DNA of 64,000 nucleotides from Oopsacas minuta (taxonomy: Eukaryota > Animalia > Porifera). The stretch spans positions 314,499 to 378,498 of the forward strand of contig JAKMXF010000066.1 in the NCBI GenBank assembly GCA_024704765.1, written 5' to 3'. Both the position numbers and the translations under genes were made by a program. Below, piece by piece: positions 1 to 11,137 of the stretch (position 1 is the stretch's first letter; every line of letters starts with the position of its first letter). The notes under the pieces were generated by a model that ran no database searches, had not been told where the DNA came from, and worked only from the letters and a program-made list of their open reading frames with translations.

Positions 1-809
1 ACCTTGTTTCGTTTAGTTTTGACGTCACGTGGTGATTTAAACAAGCCTTCACCAAAAGTTGAATGGAAAACAAGGTATTGTGTAAATACCTGTACTCTAT
101 GGTTATACCTGTCACAAATATAAATATTATTTGTTTGGGAAAATGTTGTTATGCCTAGAGGAGAATTGAACTGTCCTTCTCCATTTCCTTTACGACCAAC
201 ATTATCAATGAATTTCCCTTCTAAGTTATATGCAGTAAAATAATGTCCTTCATTTTGTGTGACATATACTCTATCTTGTCCAATGCAAATACCTCTAGGC
301 AAATTCATTTGATTGCTGAACATGAACAGGTATATGAGACTACGCGTGAATACTTGTACTCTGTCGTTATCCCTATCTACTACATATATATTACCAGTCT
401 TTCGATGCACAGCTAAGCATCGGGGTGAGTTAAATTCACCAGAACGCTTTGAGGTAGAATTCTTGCAGCTGTAAACAATTGGAACCTGTTTAGACTTATA
501 ATCAGGAATAATAGGTTTTGCCTGTGATACATGAGACGGTTTCGGCAGACAAACTTTAATAGAACCTAAATTTGTTATTTTACTTTCAAATAATGGATCA
601 AATGCAAATTCGATTGACTGCTCAATTTCTTTGTTAGATTTATCAATAAAATAATTCTTGTATACAGATTCTATTTCTTCGAGACGGGAGAGAAGCATGT
701 TCTCCCTCTCTATGAGAGCTTTGTGTGAACATTGGAAGCTGTATTGGATACGTTTTCGTGTTTGTTCTACTTCATTTGTGAAAGTTGTTTTCAACTCAAT
801 ACTAGCCAT
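1..809 (-). CDS. NHL-repeat protein with N-terminal TRIM-like coiled coil (no RING/B-box seen); 5' part of gene, C-terminus runs off window
   Basis: Reverse-strand translation from ATG at 809-807 reads MASIELKTTFTNEVEQTRKRIQYSF... with no stop down to position 1. It contains repeated NHL motifs (GEFNSPRCLAVHRKTGNIYVVDRDNDRVQVF; GQFNSPLGIT; NHRVQVFT). Frame checked by hand to the window edge (...GEGLFKSPRDVKTKRNK). Confidence 0.7.
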   Translation of the reverse strand, partial: MASIELKTTFTNEVEQTRKRIQYSFQCSHKALIERENMLLSRLEEIESVYKNYFIDKSNKEIEQSIEFAFDPLFESKITNLGSIKVCLPKPSHVSQAKPIIPDYKSKQVPIVYSCKNSTSKRSGEFNSPRCLAVHRKTGNIYVVDRDNDRVQVFTRSLIYLFMFSNQMNLPRGICIGQDRVYVTQNEGHYFTAYNLEGKFIDNVGRKGNGEGQFNSPLGITTFSQTNNIYICDRYNHRVQVFTQYLVFHSTFGEGLFKSPRDVKTKRNK

Positions 810-1360
810 TGCGTAATATTAATTCGGTGTAATTATAAATTAGTTGAAAACCAATTTAGTGAACTCAATAGATTCCAAAGATCAGTTAGAAATAATTCCT
901 GATAATAATGAATACGCCCTTGAGGGAAATAAGATCCAACTCTAAAGAAGGACAATATATTAGGCTAACTACCAGAATACTACATATAAAGGAAATTACA
1001 GCCACTGTCTGTATAACTACGTATACTAGTAAAAATGAATTCATTCATCTAGGCTGTATTTTCGTCCGGTCTATGACATTGCATCAAACCACCTTGACTT
1101 AAACACATATACGTACAAATCTTTTATTGTAACAATTGATTAATAAGAGGGCAATTCCGAGTTTAAATCGTTAATTCTTGCAAAAATTGTAAGCAAATGA
1201 TTAATGGGAACATAATTAGGTCCCTGGTAGACCCATTTTCCCCAATTTATATACTAAGTAGGATGTTTTAGGCACGTCGCAGATAGTAGGTATACACAAC
1301 GTTGTGTGTCACCTTAGTAAGATAAACTTTAATGTCATATTTATACATAGAATAGAAATA

Positions 1361-1810
1361 ATGGGAGCAAGTCAAAGCGCAGGGACTAGTTCCACACCAA
1401 CTTCAGGAAGCTCAAATTTGGAAACATCGCAATATACACGTGGAGACATACTCTACAGATATTTAGGTGGCATTGCTGGATTGACATTTTTGTATCATTA
1501 TGGTGTGTATCTAGGTAAAAATGAAGTAATTCATTTTACACAGGGTAATAATAATGAAGGTTTGGTAGAGAGGGTCAGTCTCGAAGTATTTGCTAATGGG
1601 AAAGAGGTACGGGTTGAAACAGATTTTGGCCCATATAATGGCAGGAGATGTTCAGGCAGTGCAACTGCGGAAAAAGCCTCAAATATTTTCTATGAAGATG
1701 ACCCAGATTGGATAATATATGATAGGAATAACAGAAATTGCGAACATTTTACATCATATTGCGCAACTGGTGTAAAATACTCTAAACAAGCAAGAACGAC
1801 GACAAATTAA
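1361..1810 (+). CDS. LRAT/H-rev107-like (NlpC/P60 superfamily) acyltransferase/phospholipase, N-myristoylation motif MGASQS
   Basis: The track ORF at 1304 starts on GTG; the first ATG is at 1361 (MGASQSAG, with G2 and S6). The conserved His context is LYHYGVYLG and the conserved Cys motif is NCEHF. Confidence 0.6.
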   Translation: MGASQSAGTSSTPTSGSSNLETSQYTRGDILYRYLGGIAGLTFLYHYGVYLGKNEVIHFTQGNNNEGLVERVSLEVFANGKEVRVETDFGPYNGRRCSGSATAEKASNIFYEDDPDWIIYDRNNRNCEHFTSYCATGVKYSKQARTTTN

Positions 1811-3699
1811 ACTATTTTATTGTAGAACAATGATTAGATACTAAGTATTTCTTAAAAAGTTAATTTTTCCTCTTATATCTTGTGTATATGAAACTACTAA
1901 ACCAATTATTAAATATAATTATATACATTGAGTTCTAGAGGGCTCAATCAACAAGCTACTAATTAAATAGCCAATAAGCGACTTCATGGAAATTATATTT
2001 TGGGTTCTACCATCCTTCATGATATACGAAACGTTTTCCAGAATTTCTTACACTTGGACTCCTAAATCAAAATTTTGGGCTCAAATACCCCAAAACTCCC
2101 AATATTTACCCAGTCAAGATATTGAAAGATTATCTCGATCTATTTTTGAATTAACGATGAAAGGTATGAAAAACATGACTCCAGGAGCCAGGGCGAAATC
2201 CCAGATTGTACTTATATGGTTATTGTCATATTAACAGCTCTACTGGTCGTACATCAACCTTTGCCGTTATGGACTTATGACATACCTATATTGATAGGTG
2301 ACTCACAAATTCATTCAAATACAAATAGAATCTATTATTAGAAAACAAATTGAATGTCTTAATGTACAACAAATATTATTAGCACAGAAGAAACTAACAA
2401 GAAACATGTACGAAAGTTAAATGTAGGACTAATACAGATAATTAGACAGCAAAACTGTCATTAAAACTAATAATACACGCATAAATAAGTGTGTGTGTTT
2501 ATATAAATCAAGTTTTTATTGTGGAAGTATATTTACACTCTCTGAGGGGTGAGCTTGTGTTGAGTGGATTCAAGTGGGGTGAGGTGGGTGAGTTCTGTCA
2601 CCAATTCAAAATACATAACAAACACATTCATGATGATAGCAAGTCTTCTATCTTTTGGATAATTCTTTACGGATTTCTGTAGAATGTAACACAAATAATT
2701 TAGTTGTAAATATCAGTAAAAGTAATATTTATGACATTTAGTATGTACAAAAAGTTTTTTCGTTTTAGTTATCCTCTGTTCAGGCGGTTCCCACGAATTT
2801 TCACCAATGGACTCTATACTAACTTTAACACATTTTGTGGACACTCCCATAGACGTAGCAATAATTTTCGCATACATGCATATATAAACTTCAAACTTAT
2901 ATAGGCCATTAAAAATTCAGGGCAACTTGTGAGTAATTTGTGAGAATAATATTATACAATGAAAAACGCGTAATTATGGTGTAGATGTGGCAGGCCATAT
3001 TAGTGACAGTTCATCTACTATTACTTACCTGTTAGAATATCCTGTTTAGTTCTCTCTAATTCTATCTTGATATCTCTCATTATTTCCTAAGTATAAATAG
3101 TATAAATTGAATTATAATTATTAAAATCTAGGAAATATATTACAAACCGATTTCATTGTTTGTAGATCTTTCGCTGTAATTGTAACTTCAGTCTTAGTTG
3201 GAGTTCTAAGGTAAGAAAGTTTGTAAACAATATTAAAACAATAACAACAGTATCACTTACTGTTTATTCTTGAATAAGGAATCCTGCTTTGTTACTTCTT
3301 TCTTTTCATTTGCTATAAAGATAAATTACATAAAAGAATTAAATTAGGAAAGTGCCCAATGCAAATACCTTGTGTAAGTATAAAGTACGTACTTAGAAAA
3401 CAAATATGCTAAAATGTATTACGTATGTCAAAAAGTCTAATCTGATTGGTTTAACTTTAAACAGAAAAAGGTATGAAAATATTCACATAGAAAATTATAT
3501 ACCCGAGGTGTATATCTAAAAAATGTACCCACTTGCCAATTTTAAGTAAATCGGACCACTAGATTTCTCAGGAACACGCGAACGGACGGACTTCGCATAT
3601 CATCCATGCCAAAATAGCATCTCCCTATAGGAGCTGTGCGAATATACAGATTAAGCTAGTATACTATATAATCTACTAAATAACTCACAAGTAAATGAT

Positions 3700-6600
3700 T
3701 GGTTAGCTTTTGCTGGTGCAGGATTAGGAGAAATATTTCTATTGCTGGTGGGGTATGGAGAAGTAGGAGTTGGAGTACGATTTACATCCTAAGAAAGCAT
3801 ATAAGTATATATTAGGTGGTATAATAGTCATTATCTAGGCGGGAGTATGGTCTCATATATACACATAAATACCAATTACGGCTAATGGCCATTGTACACA
3901 GTTTTGCCTGCTGTTGTGTATAATTTCCGATTATAGAATATTCATGAATTTTAAACAAACGAGTGCTACCGAGAAAATAAAGAGACACGTAACTAAATAC
4001 AATGGATGCGAAATATAATCATTCTTTGAATTCAAAATTGTATAAATTTGATTTGAATACTAATCTAACCTCTTTAGTAGCTCCAGAACGATTTTTCCTA
4101 GAAGATTTATAAAATACATTATTGCATATATTCTGTAATAATTCAGATTATATATCAACGTACATAGATTCAAATCTCTTCTGTATTTCATCCATGAGGT
4201 TATTATTCTGTCCTCCCTTTTGTGAACCAGTCTAAATACAAATAATAATAATACATTAATAGAATTATTATAATATAAGTAAGATAACAAACTGATAGAA
4301 ATTCAGTATAGTCAACTCCTGTTATTTAGAAATCTTAACTGACAAATATGGTCCCAAAATTTCATCGGTCAGATCGAACTCTGCCTTATAGTTTATTTAT
4401 CGCGGTATCTTGTGCTTCAATATAACTGGTGTTGAGTGTATATGCTCGGATAATTAGTATGAATATAGATGGTTTCCTGTTCTAAAGAAGAACGTAGATA
4501 AAACTTACTCTAGATTTAGTTTGAGAAATTGTTGCTGAGCTCTGTGTTACAACCTTTTGTTTATGACCACCTGCTCCTCCTTTATGGAAACTAGCTACAA
4601 TGATTATAATTTGTAATACACGTGAATCTAGCTATTAAATAGTAAATACACACAATAAATTGTTGTTGTTGAAAACAAAAGATTGATCGTAAACAGGATT
4701 AAATGAAGCTCATAGCTGTAGTGACAATTGGTGAAACTACTAAGTACATACAAAGACACAATGAAGCCAACAAGACAGTATAACTTATTTGGGTTCTCTC
4801 AAAAGATAAAATGTTATCCTACCGCGGGAGATCGATACTTATTTGGCATCAGTCTCTATAATATATAAAGTACGTATATCTGTACACGGTATGAGATTAC
4901 AGTATTGGATTTTTCGACGAAATTCAAAGTAATTCCATATATGGTATATACGTAGTTACTAGTTACCTGGCATATCTGGAGGAGGAGATGGAATGTTGTA
5001 CGCTGGAGAGGGAGATCTTGGAGGTTCGATTATCTAAGGTTAATAAAATATACGTAAAACTTAAGTTATATTCTTTCATAGCAATTGCGATTGTTATCAA
5101 CTCGGTTAATACGTATAAATCTTATCCGAGTTCTATTGTATATGATAAGCAAATATTATGACGTCACCTCTAAATTATCCTGTATCTGCTCTTCATACTG
5201 AGATGCAGATTGTTTAGAAAGTGGAGGAGGAGGAGGATATATAGGCAATTCCGATTTAATAGGATTTTGGTACTTTAACTGAACACCAAAAGTATTCCCT
5301 ACACTCGTAACAGGTTCTATATCCTCATGTGTTTCTTTCTTAACAAAACCTTTAGGAGGAGGACTAGACTTGAATTTACTCTCCATATCATCTTGTACTT
5401 TCTTCTCCATTGCTCTCATATCATCTAATTCTCTCTGTTTCTCAGCTACTGCTTCTTCTAACCGTCTCTCTTGTTCAGCTAGACGTAATTTCTCGTCTTC
5501 ATCTTCCTTCTTACGTTGTAGATTTAATTTCCTCTGTAACTCTTCTTGATCTCTCCTCTCTTGTTCCAACCGTGCTTTCTCTTCTTTCCTAGCAACGGAA
5601 ACATACAAATGGAATTTCAATACAGTAAACTCATACACGACAGTTTAAACTATATATCCTATTTGGCACATGTTACACGCGATCTCGATAATTCGAACGT
5701 CATGGGAATATTTGTGTACAAATAATTAAGATTACAGTCATTGTACTGTAAAATGCTCTTTGTATTACAAATACCAGTGATTGTTGAATTCGCATGTCTA
5801 CTATGTCCACGTAGTTCGTATTACCGAAGTGATTTTCATTGTATGAGCTTTTGAGGGAGAATGAAATTTTCATGTCCTGAGTTTAGTATGAAGTAACCAG
5901 AAACTATTCGTATTAATGTGGATGTTATTTTATTTATATATTTACGTATTGATATACTTACTCTTTTCTAATCTTCTCCTCAGCTATCCTCCTCCTATCA
6001 GCCTCCTCATCAGCCTCTCTCATTCTAGTTAGTCTATCCTGCTCTCTCTGTTCATCTAATAACTTTTGTCTTTCTTTCTCCAGCTGTTGTCTGTCCTGCT
6101 GGTGTGTATCTCCGTTAACAGATGATGAAATAGAATTTTGAGAGAGTCCTATAATATAATATAATATAAGATGGATCAGCAATTCAGTAAAGATAAATAA
6201 TACAAATTTTGACAGATCATAAATTATAGATTGACAATAAAGAACAAACTTTGAAATCAGATATTTAGTAATGTATTTACTATTAGCCATTTATATTATA
6301 AAATAAGTACATACGTTTATTACTCCCATCAAGAGCTTCTTGTACTGTATCTCCAAAAGAAATGGCATCATTTAGATTAGCAAAGTTAAGACCGTAAACT
6401 TGCCTAGTGTCTCTCCACTGATGAAATGTATCTGTAGCTCTGTTGTAACGCATGCCTTTAAAAAGCGCACAGTTTATTACAACCTGTTAGAATAGATTTA
6501 ATTATACCAAAGTATTGTGAATAGACAAAGGAGTTTCTGGGAAATTAAATTGTTAATTATCAGAAATTTCACTATAAATTGTCAGAACGCAAGATATAGA

Positions 6601-7180
6601 TAATTCTACCAATAAACAATCCTAGTGTTTATAGTGTAACTTCCATTTATGGGGTGGCAGGGAGACCGAAAATGTTACTCAGTTTCACGTTTCTGCCAAA
6701 TTCCCCGTTTGTGGAGGTTATGGTTACACTGTAACTGAAACTCACTTCTTTGTCTGCTATCTTCCTAGCTACAATCCTATGTGTATTGTTTTGCTGATGT
6801 ACAAATAATTGTACTTTAGAAATTGAAGGCTCTCCAGAGCCAGAAGGTGTCCATTTCTTTATTCCTTCATCATACGTCATCACCTGGGCTCTGACATCGA
6901 TCAGTGAAATCTCACTACAGGAATAAACGTAGAATAACGTAATAGTGACACATAGAAAATCTAATAAAATTCATATTAATTGAAAGACTAATTACAAGTA
7001 GCACGTATACAGTAATTATATTATCTGCTCAAGAATCCATAACTAATTATCTCCCTCACAAATCAAAATACAACAGAGCTCGGATAAGACGTAGTGAATC
7101 ATAAGAAACAAAAAATAGTCCGTCTTAACTGAGTTCTAGTGTATATGTTAAATTTTAACTCACCTATCTAAATTACTCAT
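3700..7180 (-). CDS. ena: Ena/VASP (Enabled/Mena-like) actin regulator, multi-exon; EVH1 domain split over two exons, LERER-like Glu/Arg repeat region, Pro-rich segment; 3' exons tentative
   Basis: Exons on the minus strand with consistent phases: 7180-7164 (ATGAGTAATTTAGATAG then GTGAGT), 6914-6746, 6483-6315, 6148-5962, 5588-5168, 5033-4967, 4594-4509, and about 3790-3700. The spliced EVH1 reads MSNLDSEISLIDVRAQVMTYDEGIKKWTPSGSGEPSISKVQLFVHQQNNTHRIVARKIADKE | VVINCALFKGMRYNRATDTFHQWRDTRQVYGLNF. This matches Drosophila Ena (VMVYDD..KKWVPSGS..SKVQIYHHQQNNTFRVVGRK...VVINC...FHQWRD) almost residue for residue. The charged repeat EEKARLEQERRDQEELQRK... resembles the Mena LERER repeats. The 3' end is not resolved. 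Confidence 0.65.
4307..4440. mobile_element. MITE family A copy (TIR ACAGTCAACTCC..GGAGTTGACTGT, internal YATATCGAACACGGATATA), in Ena/VASP intron
   Basis: Shares terminal and internal motifs with the copies at 12058, 27111, 34141, 45603 and 46174. Confidence 0.6.
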
Positions 7181-7806
7181 AATTATTTATTTTATTTATC
7201 AAATAATGTATTTATAGAAATAAAGTATTTATAAATACTGTATATGATAGCATTTGCTAACTCTCAGAAAATATCATACAGAAATAATCATATACAATAT
7301 ATTCAATATAACTTAAATGCTAACGAAGAAAATGCTACGTTAATGCTGTAATACACCACGATAGGATAAATTGCTATAATATAAAATCTGGCTGAAATTC
7401 AAGGATGTTATGTAATAAATACAAACACGTAAAACGTATCATACATATAGAAATTGAGATATAATTTCCTGTCGATGGTCTACATAGACTATTCAGGAAT
7501 GAATGCATCATTAACTTGGCAATGAATTCAATTATTTTGGCAACTGAACTGAAAAATGAATTATTTTGGCAATGGTTAAAGTTATACATCCTATATATTG
7601 GTATCATTTCAACATTTCTCTTTGTAGAGTGTGGATTCATATACTCAGACACATCAGGTACTTCACTACATCCACATATCCGTCCTCAGGCGTTACGTCT
7701 TCTCAGCTATAATCCAGCTATAATTGAATTTTCAGTTCGGTTGCCAAAATAATTGAATTCAGTTGGCTAGATAATATTACCTTCGATTACAAACTAGTCA
7801 ATAATA

Positions 7807-7933
7807 CAGTAAACTTCCGTTATAACGAAGTGATTCTTTCGGCCTATAACTTGAAAATAATTGCTTTACTGCGCCTATAATGAAATGAAACCGGGATCCT
7901 GAGCTCTTCGTTATAACGAGAGTTTACTGCATG
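7807..7933. mobile_element. Short hairpin element (MITE-like): arms tacagtaaacttccgttataacgaag / cttcgttataacgagagtttactgcatg
   Basis: About 27-bp near-perfect inverted repeat arms around an 80-bp spacer; intergenic. Confidence 0.45.
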
Positions 7934-8169
7934 TGTTGGATGCAGTAATAAAATAGTGAGGCCAATAAGTATGCCAACAATTACATATGTATATATGGGA
8001 TCACGGCATTGCCATAAGAGAAAGTAAATAAGCTTGAATTACTTAGACAGGTAGAATAATATTTGTATGAGCGAATCGATTTATTTATGATGTGAAGTTT
8101 AAACATTCAAAAACACAAACAAGTGATAAATAAGTATTACCAACTCTTACCTCATTTTCTTGTTTCTGT

Positions 8170-8192
8170 AAAACGGTGTGTGTGTGTGTGTT
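8170..8192. repeat. (GT)n microsatellite
   Basis: gtgtgtgtgtgtgtgtgt run. Confidence 0.8.
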
Positions 8193-9329
8193 TATAAAAT
8201 TTAAAAACAAATCTCAAATTAGCTAATAAAATAATCAATGAGTTGAAAATAAGAAAATAATAAATTAGAAATATAAAATACGTATATTATTGAATCAAGT
8301 GTATTTAGATGGGGAAATTAGGAAGTAAGCAATTCCTTGAATGAAATCTACTACGGCAATCAGTCATTAGGCCTTGTATTGACTAGAAGTAAAGTTTGCG
8401 AGGTGGCATAGTTATTAATTTGGAGGAAATATTTGTGACAGTAAATTAAGGCCCAAATAAGTATGGGAATGAGAGAGTTCACGGAAATGAACACAAGCAT
8501 ACATACAAATATCAATTGTAATAGAATATTAAGGAAATTATGATGGGGGTAGAATATGGTATCTTCTATTGTATTACTGAAATATACGATGGACATAATA
8601 AATGCAAAATATGGAGGTATTAAGAACTTTTCATTCAACACTCCTTTTATCGCTTCAAAAAACCAGAACTACAACTAGCATGTAGAAAATATCTTGGCAA
8701 CACCCAAGAACATTGCTGACGCTAATCTAAGGGAAATTTCTAAACAAAACTTATAATTGTGTCACAAAATGCAATAATCTTAGATGCATACTCCAAAGCC
8801 TGAGCATGCACATTCGACTTTGACTTGTGAGCATATTTGCATATACACTCGACTTTGTGCTGTGAGCATGCACACTTGACTTCTTTTATATGAATTATTA
8901 TACGATTAGTAAAGATGGGAATGAAGATGTGGACAAGGTTTTAGTGAAAACTATAGTATTTATCTGACATTTATCATCTGTGGGTGAACAACCAGAGTTG
9001 CCGTGGGAATGGGAAATGATTTTCTTACGATGAGGATGGGTTCGGTTTTCCCAAGTGGGGAAAAAGGAATTCCACGCGATACCGATATGGAAATTCTCAT
9101 GTGAGATACCAATGGGAATTCGAAATCAATGCCATCAAAGTTATTGAAACTATGGATTTTACAAAAAACTATAGTCTAATGAGTCCAGCATTTGAAGACA
9201 GGGTGTATGTATATGTATTTCTTGATATATCAACTGAACTAACTTTGAATTTATAGATAGAGATAATTCAAATTTGTTTACTCTTTGTCAGCACTGGTAT
9301 TATATACAATGAAACCTGCTTAATGCACA

Positions 9330-9432
9330 ATTATCCTTATGCACAAGTATCCTTATGCACAATTATCCTTATGCACAAGTATCCTTATGCACAATTATCC
9401 ATATGCACAATTATCCATATGCACAATTATCT
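9330..9432. repeat. Minisatellite, 12-bp unit atgcacaaKtatccWt, about 8.5 tandem copies
   Basis: atgcacaattatccttatgcacaagtatccttatgcacaattatcctt... seen directly. Confidence 0.85.
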
Positions 9433-11137
9433 TAACGACCACCTCTGTATAAAGATCACCTGCACCTTGCGGCCACCATTTTTGGTCCCTTACTGGCGCT
9501 AAACCTATCTATAACAGCCACTTTATATAATGGTTGCCTCATATAAGGTCTACCTGTTACAACTCCCCTGTGTGGCCACCATAAACTAATCCGACTATAG
9601 TATCTTAAATATCGGTCACTTGTCTTAAAGCCCAACTTCTCTATATCACCTCCATTCAAATAAATTACCACCAAACTAGTGTATAATTTGTCAAACTCTC
9701 TTTTGCGGCCACCTTTTGGAATAGCTTATTCCGCTTTCTAGTATTGCATAAATCATGTTACACGCAAAACAATAATTGATAAATTTTAGAATAAATTCCA
9801 TACACACGTAATCAGAAATTTGACTTCCTCTTATTAGATAACAATATTTCTGAAATGTTTTCTTAGTAGAATCAGTAAAAACATTTGTAGAGATTGGTAC
9901 AGAGTGGAGTATAAATTATCTTGATTAGAAGTTTCTAAAAAATTGAATTGTTTACAGTTCCAGGTAGATAGAAAGCTTAGTAATCATTTCAAATTCAGAG
10001 AATAGTGGCATTCATGCTAAAACTGAAATTAATTAATCTGCATGTTCAGTGCTGCTAGCCTAGTGCTTTCGAAATATTCTTTAATCACAAAATTTCTTTT
10101 ACCCAAGAGTATAAAATAGAATTTTAGAGCGTGCAATAGTATCTTGTAATAACAATTTTTACTTGAACCATGGACTTTGTAATTCTAAATAATTGAACTC
10201 TCATAAATAACAAAGTGCTCGGGATGGGAGGGGCCCCTGTTTCATTTCTTTATTACCGAGATTTCGTTGTCAGCTGAGTAAAACCAATTAATTTCTAACT
10301 ATAGGGAGTCAAAAACAAATTCGTTATATTACTGTGGGGTTTCGTTATCCGACTTGTTTATTACTGGAGTTAACTGTAATTCATAATGCAACTTCATTAC
10401 CTTATCCAACAATATAACGTAGGTTTTAGAGAATATTTATGTTTGAATTAGCAGTTTTTATTATTCTGTATGGCCACGAAGGATTATGATTTCTATTCAG
10501 AAGAAAACAAGGATAAATGGAGCCGCATACTCTCACAACCTCTAAAAAAGGTATACATATTTCTACGTATATTATTTCTAATGGCATTCTATAATTTTGA
10601 TTTTCCTATTCTGTCTTGTTTACTAATGTTATATATTTTGCGATAATTGTGAACTATTTTACCCAAAATTGAGTAACTATGTTCACTAATTAGATGTTTA
10701 TGTAATTATTAAATATTTATCGCAAGGGTTTCATTCAATTGTCTGCTACTACTACATGTGTAGGAGCGCATAGTATCTATAGTTTCAACTCTAGAAAACA
10801 TTTGGGATTAGTTTACGAGAGTGTTGGTATAATTATAATATTTCCAGGAATTTCCTTCTAAACATTTTTGGGAAATAATCCAATTTTATACATACTTTTC
10901 GGCCTTCTTTCCCAAAATGCTCCAGGGCTCTTATTCAGAGAAATACGGTATGCATATAACGGCATACATATAGCTCCAGTGTTGCCAGATTATGTACCAA
11001 CCAGGTTCATGCCATGTTCTTACCATATCATAAAGTCTTTTAAAGCGGAAATCTATGAACTTTGTTCGTGATCTGCCAACACTGTAATACTCTACACATA
11101 TTTTCATATTCTTATCTTGACAACCATTATATCACAG

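Noticed and set aside
1304-1360. ORF-track 'M' starts at 1304, 6883, 10868, 11117, 15363, 36176, 51514 and elsewhere
   Set aside because: These codons are GTG or TTG (prokaryote-style start table) in a clearly eukaryotic spliced genome. The true starts are the first ATG or lie in upstream exons.
1986-2682. ORFs 1986-2234 and 2491-2682, and other 60-100-aa ORFs in AT-rich intergenic DNA (7374-7752, 8360-8641, 31326-31610, 39920-40210 as a whole)
   Set aside because: No start context, domains or codon-usage signal; consistent with random ORFs in AT-rich sequence. Part of 40152-40210 is reused as the true FET terminal exon in another frame.
3567-3585. Small hairpin gcgaa-cggacggac-ttcgc
   Set aside because: A 5-bp stem only; no flanking structure suggesting an ncRNA.
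8795-8885. Three roughly 28-bp imperfect direct repeats (gagcatgcacattcgacttt...)
   Set aside because: Too short and degenerate to classify; noted as low-complexity intergenic repeat only.
9330-9432. Regularly spaced short repeats that could superficially suggest a CRISPR array
   Set aside because: Units are contiguous 12-mers with no spacers, in a metazoan genomic context; this is a minisatellite.
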